A stretch of DNA of 28,803 nucleotides. It comes from Myxococcota bacterium (lineage in GTDB: Bacteria; Myxococcota_A; SURF-8; G963663525). The translations under genes and the position numbers were made by a program. The notes below the pieces were generated by a model that was not told the origin of the DNA, searched no databases, and saw nothing but the letters and a program-made list of their open reading frames with translations. This document shows positions 19,640 through 28,803 of this stretch, in pieces. How positions within the stretch are numbered: position 1 is the first letter of the stretch; the number at the start of each line of letters is the position of its first letter. The DNA lies in assembly GCA_963676915.2 (NCBI GenBank), contig CAXXVK010000045.1, forward strand, positions 1-28,803, read 5' to 3'.

Positions 19640-21049
19640 ATGTCCGAATCTCCAAGCTCTTCCGAGATCCCCGATTGTCAGGACGCTCCCGAGAATCCCG
19701 ACCACGAAACAAAACAACCGAAATTCGGTTCTGCATTTTGGAAGGTATTGATTTTATTAAGCTTTTTTGTTTTCACAAAAGCCGCTTTGCAATTGTTGCG
19801 CAAGGAAACCGTGGAAGGACCATGGGAGGCAAGCGGTTGGAACTGGAAAGAAATCTACACCGCTATCGGCATGGGCTCCCTGATTTTTACAGGGTCCGTA
19901 TCGGATTGGCTCGGTCTGCGTCGCTCGTTTCTTTATACCTTCGCCGCATTGGTTGTGTGGTTTCTCGGAATGGGTCTCGTGTTGGCGGTGGTGGGAGATT
20001 CCACACCCACAAGCGTATGGTCGGTGTTTTTCATCGGTCTGGGAATTCTCCTACATCTGAGGATTTTGCTGGAATATCGGGGGGTTCGGCGGTTCACCTC
20101 TCCGAAATGGCGCGTTCAGGGCATTCTCCTGGGTTCGTTGATCCTACCATCGATCATTACGATGGTAGGGCTATCAATAGAATATCCTCTAGCTGGGTTT
20201 GTAGGGATACCACCTTTTCATAGTGATCCCCCCGGTTCTATAGTGAGCTATGCCGGTATTGTGTTCCTTCTTGTGGTTTTTGGATTGGCGTTCGGACTGT
20301 GGTGGAGTTCGCGTTTACCGAAAAACGAAGTGCAGTTCGGTGATGAACAACCGCTTCCCGGCATGGCATCGAAACCGACCGGACCGTTTGCGGGAATCAG
20401 AGACGTGCTGACCTTGGGCGCTACTCGTCGCGTACTGCTGTTGGCTGTCATCTCTTTTCTCCTGGATAGTACAATGAACGGCTATTCTGTTTTATTGAGT
20501 GATGAAGCATTCGGTCTGTTGGAAAACCAACACAACGCTTTGTCATTCTCTATTATGCTTGTACTTCCTTATCTTGTTGTTTTGTTTGTATTTTTACCAC
20601 TGGCGAGACGGATTTCGATCAAAGCAACGATCCAGCTCAGTGCTATTTTGATCCTGATAAGCATCCTTCTTTTTCTCGTTCCTTTGGATGGCAGCGCCTA
20701 CCACAACCTTTGCTTCACCGGGATATTTTTCCTTAATTTGGGATCTACGCTATTGTGGATTCGATCGCTGGAATTCACAATGAACCTCGCGCCGGTGGGT
20801 CGGGAAGGCAGCCTAGTATCTGTGTTGGCCGTGTGGTGGCTTGTGGAACACTTTCTGCATTCAGGACAGGTAAAACTGGTGGAAGCGCAAAAATCCGCTG
20901 CCTGGGCTTTGGAACTCCGCGATCGGATCAACCCCGACATGTCGCATGTGGTCGTTCCGTGGCTTGTTTTGCTCGTTCCGGTATTGGCGGGAATTTTTCT
21001 GTTATTCCGGTTTCAGAGGTTTCTTTTCCTGGAAGAAGAAAAAGGGTAA
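19640..21049 (+). CDS. MFS-type transporter, divergent (possibly POT/PTR-like)
   Basis: About 12 hydrophobic segments, MFS motif A GSVSDWLGLRRS, C-half LAPVGREGSL and an AGGAG RBS. Confidence 0.72.
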   Translation: MSESPSSSEIPDCQDAPENPDHETKQPKFGSAFWKVLILLSFFVFTKAALQLLRKETVEGPWEASGWNWKEIYTAIGMGSLIFTGSVSDWLGLRRSFLYTFAALVVWFLGMGLVLAVVGDSTPTSVWSVFFIGLGILLHLRILLEYRGVRRFTSPKWRVQGILLGSLILPSIITMVGLSIEYPLAGFVGIPPFHSDPPGSIVSYAGIVFLLVVFGLAFGLWWSSRLPKNEVQFGDEQPLPGMASKPTGPFAGIRDVLTLGATRRVLLLAVISFLLDSTMNGYSVLLSDEAFGLLENQHNALSFSIMLVLPYLVVLFVFLPLARRISIKATIQLSAILILISILLFLVPLDGSAYHNLCFTGIFFLNLGSTLLWIRSLEFTMNLAPVGREGSLVSVLAVWWLVEHFLHSGQVKLVEAQKSAAWALELRDRINPDMSHVVVPWLVLLVPVLAGIFLLFRFQRFLFLEEEKG

Positions 21050-21152
21050 AAATAGAATCACGTTGAGGCTCTTGTACTCCTATCGGTAATAAAAAATAAC
21101 AATTGCCACAGTACGTTCTTCGATTGACGTTGAAACATCGGGCGATACTGAC

Positions 21153-22781
21153 ATGACCAAAGAAAAATCCATGCGCAACGAAGATACATCCACCTCTTCA
21201 ACCAACGGAAGAACAGGTGTCGAACCCATTGAAAAAAGGACGTTTTTCCTCACGGCAAGTTTGTTTTCCCTGCTGGTAGGCGCAATTCATTTGGAAAACT
21301 GGTGGCGAGACGGGATTCCCAAAATTCCCGACGATGCCTATTACTATTACCAACTCGCGGAAAATTTCGTTCGGGGATTGGGTTTCACCATGGACGGCGT
21401 GGCCGTCACCAACGGATTTCAACCGCTTTGGATGGCCGTTATTCTTCCTTTGTTTGGCCTGGATCTGCATCCCATTTACGGACGTCTGCCCGTTATTATT
21501 GCTCTTAACTGTTTGATTTTCGGGGTTTTTGCAGCCTTTTTGTTCGACCTGCTACGACGGCTTTTCCGACCTTCAACGGCATGGATGGCATTGCCTCTGC
21601 TCTGCTATCCGCGCTTCAACAACGTTTTGATCAACGGTATGGAAAGCGGCCTCACCGCCTTGATGATGGTCCTTGCCCTGCGCTCCATGGTATTGACCGA
21701 TCGGCTGACCGATCCCAAACCTCGGTGGAGAGACGGTTGGGTGGGATTCTGGCTCGGATTGACCATGCTGGGACGCCTCGATTCGGTGTTCCTTCTTTTC
21801 GCCGTGGCGTTTTTTCTTCTCTTTACGCAATTTCGCAGGAAAGATATCGCTTTTGCCGAACGTTTCGTGCCAGCCATCCGAAAAGGATTTAGCGTATTCT
21901 GGCCTGTTTTGGTACTTGTGGTTCCTTATCTTGTAGCCAATACCATGTTTTTCGGCTCTATCATGCCTATCAGCGGCGCGGTGAAATCGACGTTTCCCAA
22001 CCCCGGCTTTCATGGAAACTATCTGTTCAAATTTTACGAGTATCCCGCCGTTCTCGGCATGGGATGCGTCGGCCTCGCGCTGCTCGGACGGTTTCGCTCC
22101 GATGCCTCTCTTCGTGGGATTCTTTTCGCTTTGATGGCCGGTCAGGCCGCCCACCTGCTTTTCACCCTGTTATTCATGAAATTCGCCGTTCAACGCTGGC
22201 ATTTCGTCACATTCATTCCCGTGGCAACTCTGGCGGCTGCAGGATGGATCGACGAGGCTTATCGTCGTCTGCGACGGCTTCCTCGGTGGCTGCCCGTCCC
22301 GGTTTTCGTCCTTGCACTGTCATTCTTAGGTTACCACTCTTTGCGAACCTACCCGCGCTATGCGGGGGAAAGCTATTTCGAAGCGGCGGACTGGACCCGC
22401 GAGCACATTCCCGCCACGGCACGAATGGCGATGCACGACAGCGGGGCGTTCACGTACCTGTCCCGGCGGCAGGTAGTGAACCTGGACGGGATCGTCAACG
22501 ATATGGCTTACCAGGACTGGTTGTGCGCCGGGCGACTTGATGACTATTTACGTCAAAACAACGTGGCATACCTCGTCCGGCACATCGCTGCACCACCCGA
22601 AGGGTACAAGGAATACACCATCACCTACTATTGCCGGAAAGCTAAAGGTCTGAGCAAAATGACGGTCCGTGCCGAAAACGAAGTGTTTCGCGGCACTCCC
22701 TACTTTCATCCCGGTCTGGGAAAAGAGGTTCGGTTGATGATCTGGCGCTTGCCGCTGGACAACCATCCGGTGAAATCGTAA
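21153..22781 (+). CDS. Polytopic GT-C-fold glycosyltransferase-like membrane protein
   Basis: DDAYYYYQLAENFVRGLG...TNGFQPLW after TM1, NGMES, LGRLD, many TM helices and a periplasmic tail with DSGAFTY and VVNLDGIVN. Confidence 0.78.
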   Translation: MTKEKSMRNEDTSTSSTNGRTGVEPIEKRTFFLTASLFSLLVGAIHLENWWRDGIPKIPDDAYYYYQLAENFVRGLGFTMDGVAVTNGFQPLWMAVILPLFGLDLHPIYGRLPVIIALNCLIFGVFAAFLFDLLRRLFRPSTAWMALPLLCYPRFNNVLINGMESGLTALMMVLALRSMVLTDRLTDPKPRWRDGWVGFWLGLTMLGRLDSVFLLFAVAFFLLFTQFRRKDIAFAERFVPAIRKGFSVFWPVLVLVVPYLVANTMFFGSIMPISGAVKSTFPNPGFHGNYLFKFYEYPAVLGMGCVGLALLGRFRSDASLRGILFALMAGQAAHLLFTLLFMKFAVQRWHFVTFIPVATLAAAGWIDEAYRRLRRLPRWLPVPVFVLALSFLGYHSLRTYPRYAGESYFEAADWTREHIPATARMAMHDSGAFTYLSRRQVVNLDGIVNDMAYQDWLCAGRLDDYLRQNNVAYLVRHIAAPPEGYKEYTITYYCRKAKGLSKMTVRAENEVFRGTPYFHPGLGKEVRLMIWRLPLDNHPVKS

Positions 22782-22796
22782 CTCGACGTTGAAACG

Positions 22797-22823
22797 ACCG
22801 GGCGAGGAAAGACCTCGCCCGGT
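22797..22823. terminator. GC-rich hairpin between convergent genes
   Basis: ACCGGGCGAGG-aaaga-CCTCGCCCGGT forms an 11-bp perfect stem 16 nt after the GT-C stop. The U-tract is weak. Confidence 0.55.
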
Positions 22824-22830
22824 TCATTCC

Positions 22831-23011
22831 TAACCCGCATAATTCATGAAGAATCTACTACGACTTGAAAACTCTTGATCTTTCATTCGTTTCCCGATTT
22901 TTTATACTCAACATACTGTAAAGTATGCTTCCGTTAAAAAATCACTCCAACTTCATGAAAGTTCTTCGGTTTTCGGCGTCTCGCTACGATCCTCATGAAG
23001 TATGCGGGCTA
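22831..23011 (-). mobile_element. MITE-like element, copy 3 (inverted)
   Basis: TA-acccgcataattcatgaagaatc...gatcctcatgaagtatgcgggc-TA, 177 bp. It is the reverse complement of copy 1 with few differences. Confidence 0.87.
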
Positions 23012-26000
23012 ATTCGTCAGAACATCCAAAAGCTTCCGCCGCTTTCGGAACATGAGAGCAGCAAGGATCAGCCAGGCCAACCAACCGGCTTTGGGCGACG
23101 ATTGCTGACAGATCGAACCGCCGTCATCCACGTATTCCTTCTCGGGAATCTCCATTTCGAGTTCCAACTCGAAATCCATATTGAAGTCCGTGGTTTCGTT
23201 CTGCATCTCTTCATCAAGATCCAGTTCCACTTCTTCCCATTCCGCTTCATCGAGATCGCCGTCCGGTTCCTCCTCATCGAGATCGACTTCGGCGTCCCAC
23301 TCCTCTTCTTCTTCGTCACCGTCGATCTGTTCTTCCGACGATCCGACAAAGCCCACACTGAAGTGAGTGATTTCCGCCGAAGCATAAGAGACGCCTTCGA
23401 CCGTTTCTAAACTGAACGACTGTTCTTCCACGGTTTTTTCGTCGCCCAGAATCGACCACAAGAAGCTCAGCACCTTACCCAATGCGAGCTCGTCGTTGTA
23501 TGGAATCATGACCTTGACCGGCTGGTTGAATTCCAATCCCGAAGGATTGAAGCGCCAGACATTACTGACCGGATTCCAGTCGGAAGCATCGATATCCGGT
23601 GCCTTTTCTACAGTAATCGCCACGTCCTCGTCTACGGCTCCCGGTGGAACCACGAGCATTACGCCGTCTTCCAAAACGTAGGTACCGCCTTCAGGCGAGA
23701 CGAAAATTCCCTCTTGCAACGACAATTCGAATCGACCGTCACCGGTACTACCCACCGGATCGAATACCTGGACGATCGCCTCACCCGACAAGCGCAAGAC
23801 GCTCTTGGAAACGCTTTCGGCTTGACCCGCACCGGCGTTGTCCACGACCAGCAAACAGGAATCACAACCGTTACGGACCGCAAATGCCAGATCCAACGAC
23901 GCATCGAGAGGTTTCAGTTGCAGGCGGTAATCCAGATCGGCATTGAGCGAAACCTTATAGAAAGCATCCGCCGTTTCGATCGGAGGAGTGAAGCACGGAG
24001 GACCGATTTCCATGTAGGCGTGATACTCGCCGATAGAGCCTTCCAAAGCATCGCCAGGTGTGAGATCCAACGCCGTTTCGCAGGTGTCGTTATCCGGCAC
24101 GTCTACGCAGAAACCGTTCAAACAGTAGCCATTCATTCCATCGTCCGAACAGGTCGTCCAATCGAAGAGATTCTGGTAGGCACAGCCGCTGATCGGATCG
24201 CAAAAACCTTCTCTGCAGGAATTTCCGTCGTTGCAAAGTGCGTTATCCGCCTCGTGCGAACAGTTACCGTTGGAGGGATCGCAGCTATCCACGGTACATT
24301 CGTTGTCATCGGCACAATCCTTCGCTTCACCGACGCACTCTCCAGACTGACAGGTCTCGTTGACAACGCAGTACAAACCGTCGTTGCAGTCGGACCCATC
24401 CTCCCGCATTTGATCGAAGCATTCGCCGTTGGCCGGATCGCAAACCGCCTCCATGCATTCTTCTTCCGGTTGCGTGCAATCCACAAACTCTACACCCGTA
24501 CAACTACCGGAGACACAACTATCGACCGTTGAACAGGCGTTCCCGTCGTCGCAGCCGTCGCCTTCTTTCGGCGTCGAGTCTTTCACACAACTGTAGCTAT
24601 CGCTACCCGTGTTCGAGCAGACACCCACGTTGCAGGCATCGTCCTGACCCGAGCAGTCCGGCGCTGCACCTGCGGTACACACACCCGCCGAGCAATAATC
24701 GTCCACCGTGCAGCCGTTCGCATCCGCGTCGCAACTTCCGGCCTCGTTGATCGGCTGGCAACCGTCGCAGCACGTCGAGACGCCCGAGCACGTGCAGTCC
24801 GCGCCCAGGCACACGCCCGACTGGCAGGTGTCCGGGCCCGTCGACGCGTTCCCGTCGTCGCAGCCATCGCCTTCTTTGCTGCTCGGATCTTTGATACAAC
24901 TGTAGCTGTCACTACCCGTGTTCGAGCAGACACCCACGTTGCAGGCATCGTCCTGGCCCGAGCAATCCGGCGCTGCGCCGGCGGTACACACACCCGCCGA
25001 GCAATAATCGTCCACCGTGCAGCCGTTCGCGTCTGCGTCGCAGCTCCCGGCCTCGTTGATCGGTTGGCAACCGTCGCAGCACGTCGAAACGCCGCTACAC
25101 GTGCAGTCCGCACCCAGGCACACACCCGACTGGCAGGTGTCCGGGCCCGTCGATGCGTTCCCGTCGTCGCAGCCGTCGCCTTCTTTCGGCGTCGAGTCTT
25201 TCACACAACTGTAGCTATCGCTGCCCGTGTTCGAGCAGACACCCACGTTGCAGGCGTCGTCCTGACCTGTGCAGTCCGGCGCCGCACCGGCCGTGCACAC
25301 ACCCGCCGAGCAATAATCGTCCACCGTGCAGCCGTTCGCGTCTGCGTCGCAGCTCCCGGCCTCGTTGATCGGCTGACAACCGTCGCAGCACGTCGAGACG
25401 CCCGAGCACGTGCAGTCCCGCGCCCAGGCACACGCCCGACTGGCAGGTGTCCGGGCCCGTCGATGCGTTCCCGTCGTCGCAGCCGTCGCCTTCTTTGCTG
25501 CTCGGATCTTTGATACAACTGTAGCTGTCACTGCCCGTGTTCGAGCAGACTCCCACGTTGCAAGCATCGTCCTGACCCGAGCAGTCCGGGGCTGCACCCG
25601 CCGTGCACACACCGGCCGAGCAATAATCGTCCACCGTGCAGCCGTTCGCATCCGCGTCGCAGCTACCGGCCTCGTTGATCGGCTGGCAACCGTCGCAGCA
25701 CGTCGAGATGCCCGAGCAGGTGCAGTCCGCACCCAGGCAGACGCCCGACTGGCAGGTGTCCGGGCCCGTCGATGCGTTCCCGTCGTCGCAGCCGTCGCCT
25801 TCTTTGCTGCTCGGATCTTTGATACAACTGTAGCTGTCACTGCCCGTGTTCGAGCAGACTCCCACGTTGCAAGCATCGTCTTCACCCGAGCAGTCCGGCG
25901 CTGCACCTGCGGTACACACACCCGCCGAGCAATAATCGTCCACCGTGCAGCCGTTCGCATCCGCGTCGCAGCTCCCGGATTCGTTGATCGGCTGGCAACC

Positions 26001-28803
26001 GTCGCAGCACGTCGAGATACCCGAGCACGTGCAGTCCGCGCCCAGGCACACACCCGACTGGCAGGTGTCCGGGCCCGTCGATGCGTTCCCGTCGTCGCAG
26101 CCGTCGCCTTCTTTCGGCGTCGAGTCTTTCACACAACTGTAGCTAGCGCTGCCCGTGTTCGAGCAGACTCCCACGTTGCAAGCATCGTCTTCACCCGAGC
26201 AGTCCGGCGCTGCACCGGCCGTGCACACACCCGCCGAGCAATAATCGTCCACCGTGCAGCCGTTCGCGTCCGCGTCGCAGCTACCGGATTCGTTGATCGG
26301 CTGACAACCGTCGCAGCACGTCGAGACGCCCGAGCAGGTGCAGTCCGCGCCCAGGCACACACCCGACTGGCAGGTGTCCGGGCCCGTCGATGCGTTCCCG
26401 TCGTCGCAGCCGTCGCCTTCTTTCGGCGTCGAGTCTTTCACACAACTGTAGCTAGCGCTGCCCGTGTTCGAGCAGACTCCCACGTTGCAAGCATCGTCCT
26501 GACCCGAGCAGTCCGGCGCTGCACCGGCGGTACACACACCCGCCGAGCAATAATCGTCCACCGTGCAGCCGTTCGCATCCGCGTCGCAGCTCCCGGACTC
26601 GTTGATCGGCTGGCAACCGTCGCAGCACGTCGAGATACCCGAGCACGTGCAGTCCGCGCCCAAACACACGCCCGACTGGCAGGTGTCCGGGCCCGTCGAT
26701 GCGTTCCCGTCGTCGCAGCCGTCGCCTTCTTTCGGCGTCGAGTCTTTCACACAACTGTAGCTAGCGCTGCCCGTGTTCGAGCAGACTCCCACGTTGCAAG
26801 CGTCGTCCTGGCCCGAGCAATCCGGGGCCGCACCGGCGGTACACACACCCGCCGAGCAATAATCGTCCACCGTGCAGCCGTTCGCGTCCGCGTCGCAGCT
26901 GCCGGACTCGTTGATCGGCTGGCAACCGTCGCAGCACGTCGAGACGCCACTGCAGGTGCAGTCCGCACCCAGGCACACGCCCGACTGGCAGGTGTCCGGA
27001 CCCGTCGACGCGTTCCCGTCGTCGCAGCCATCCCCTTCTTTCGGCGTCGAGTCTTTCACACAACTGTAGCTGTCGCTACCCGTGTTCGAGCAGACTCCCA
27101 CGTTGCAAGCATCGTCCTGACCTGTGCAGTCCGGCGCCGCACCGGCCGTGCACACACCCGCCGAGCAATAATCGTCCACCGTGCAGCCGTTCGCATCCGC
27201 GTCGCAGCTCCCGGATTCGTTGATCGGCTGGCAACCGTCGCAGCACGTCGAGATACCCGAGCACGTGCAGTCCGCGCCCAGGCACACACCCGACTGGCAG
27301 GTGTCCGGGCCCGTCGATGCGTTCCCGTCGTCGCAGCCGTCGCCTTCTTTCGGCGTCGAGTCTTTCACACAACTGTAGCTAGCGCTGCCCGTGTTCGAGC
27401 AGACTCCCACGTTGCAAGCATCGTCCTGACCCGAGCAGTCCGGCGCTGCACCGGCCGTGCACACACCCGCCGAGCAATAATCGTCCACCGTGCAGCCGTT
27501 CGCGTCCGCGTCGCAGCTACCGGATTCGTTGATCGGCTGACAACCGTCGCAGCACGTCGAGATACCCGAGCACGTGCAGTCCGCGCCCAGGCACACACCC
27601 GACTGGCAGGTGTCCGGGCCCGTCGATGCGTTCCCGTCGTCGCAGCCGTCGCCTTCTTTCGGCGTCGAGTCTTTCACACAACTGTAGCTAGCGCTGCCCG
27701 TGTTCGAGCAGACTCCCACGTTGCAAGCATCGTCTTCACCCGAGCAGTCCGGCGCTGCACCGGCCGTGCACACACCCGCCGAGCAATAATCGTCCACCGT
27801 GCAGCCGTTCGCGTCCGCGTCGCAGCTACCGGATTCGTTGATCGGCTGGCAACCGTCGCAGCACGTCGAGATACCCGAGCACGTGCAGTCCGCGCCCAGG
27901 CACACACCCGACTGGCAGGTGTCCGGGCCCGTCGATGCGTTCCCGTCGTCGCAGCCGTCGCCTTCTTTCGGCGTCGAGTCTTTCACACAACTGTAGCTAG
28001 CGCTGCCCGTGTTCGAGCAGACTCCCACGTTGCAAGCATCGTCTTCACCCGAGCAGTCCGGCGCTGCACCTGCGGTACACACACCCGCCGAGCAATAATC
28101 GTCCACCGTGCAGCCGTTCGCATCCGCGTCGCAGCTACCGGATTCGTTGATCGGCTGACAACCGTCGCAGCACGTCGAGATACCCGAGCACGTGCAGTCC
28201 GCGCCCAGGCACACACCCGACTGGCAGGTGTCCGGGCCCGTCGATGCGTTCCCGTCGTCGCAGCCGTCGCCTTCTTTCGGCGTCGAGTCTTTCACACAAC
28301 TGTAGCTAGCGCTGCCCGTGTTCGAGCAGACTCCCACGTTGCAAGCATCGTCCTGACCCGAGCAGTCCGGCGCTGCACCGGCCGTGCACACACCCGCCGA
28401 GCAATAATCGTCCACCGTGCAGCCGTTCGCGTCCGCGTCGCAGCTACCGGATTCGTTGATCGGCTGACAACCGTCGCAGCACGTCGAGATACCCGAGCAC
28501 GTGCAGTCCGCGCCCAGGCACACACCCGACTGGCAGGTGTCCGGGCCCGTCGATGCGTTCCCGTCGTCGCAGCCGTCGCCTTCTTTCGGCGTCGAGTCTT
28601 TCACACAACTGTAGCTAGCGCTGCCCGTGTTCGAGCAGACTCCCACGTTGCAAGCATCGTCCTGACCCGAGCAGTCCGGCGCTGCACCGGCCGTGCACAC
28701 ACCCGCCGAGCAATAATCGTCCACCGTGCAGCCGTTCGCGTCCGCGTCGCAGCTACCGGATTCGTTGATCGGCTGACAACCGTCGCAGCACGTCGAGATA
28801 CCC
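23009..28803 (-). CDS. Giant Cys-rich repeat surface protein with PPC-like and ZU5 domains and a MYXO-CTERM anchor (5' end outside the window; more than 1900 aa visible)
   Basis: ORFs 25215..28724 and 23009..26053 join by removing one C at 25417-25419 (ccc here, cc in the other repeat copies). Order is 103-aa repeats, CDDGNAC-type repeats, a PPC-like domain (DNDTCETA...DAFYKV...DLAFAVR), ZU5 (SPEGG...LVVPPGAV...PSGLEFNQPV...ITHFS), a D/E-rich linker, and GGSICQQSS-hydrophobic helix-RKRRK. Confidence 0.88.
24537..28803 (-). repeat. Coding tandem repeat, 309-bp unit, about 13.8 copies visible
   Basis: The marker ccgtcgtcgcagcc recurs at 24543, 24852, 25161, 25471, 25780, 26089, 26398, 26707, 27016, 27325, 27634, 27943, 28252 and 28561. 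The unit CTCSGISTCCDGCQPINESGSCDADANGCTVDDYCSAGVC...CQSGVCLGAD has 16 Cys in 103 aa. Confidence 0.97.

Noticed and set aside
21126-21136. GTTGAAAC resembling a CRISPR repeat end
   Set aside because: There are only two copies, 1.66 kb apart, with no array. It is reported as a direct repeat instead.
24583-28525. Many short repeated ORFs (MCAWART..., MQPFASASQ..., MCERLDAERR...)
   Set aside because: These are alternative-frame and antisense shadows of the coding repeat.
24537-28803. Regularly spaced repeats as a CRISPR array or DGR template
   Set aside because: The whole 309-bp unit repeats in frame with no unique spacers, and there is no cas or reverse transcriptase gene and no evident adenine-specific variation.

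Overview
About 55% GC bacterial DNA that looks like Myxococcota/deltaproteobacteria (inferred from the PilB/PilT/PilC style, the Cys-rich proteins and a MYXO-CTERM-like tail). The left half (minus strand) is a type IVa pilus locus: pilB-pilT-pilC-pilE, then fimT/U-pilV-pilW-pilX-pilY1 behind a predicted sigma54 promoter, followed by a small secreted protein, a disulfide-rich lipoprotein and a truncated secreted protein. On the plus strand are a tandem-receiver/PPDK-N fusion, a GTAG-type REP cluster, an MFS transporter and a GT-C-like membrane glycosyltransferase. The right end is the 3' part of a giant surface protein: about 14 near-identical 103-aa, 16-Cys repeats, a PPC-like domain, a ZU5 domain ending in an HFS autoproteolysis-type motif, an acidic linker and a MYXO-CTERM anchor. 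Three copies of a TA-flanked, ~176-bp MITE-like element sit in intergenic spaces; it folds into one long hairpin with compensatory base changes. Several genes, including pilT, carry single-base homopolymer frameshifts, most likely long-read errors. All family assignments come from motif recognition, not database searches.
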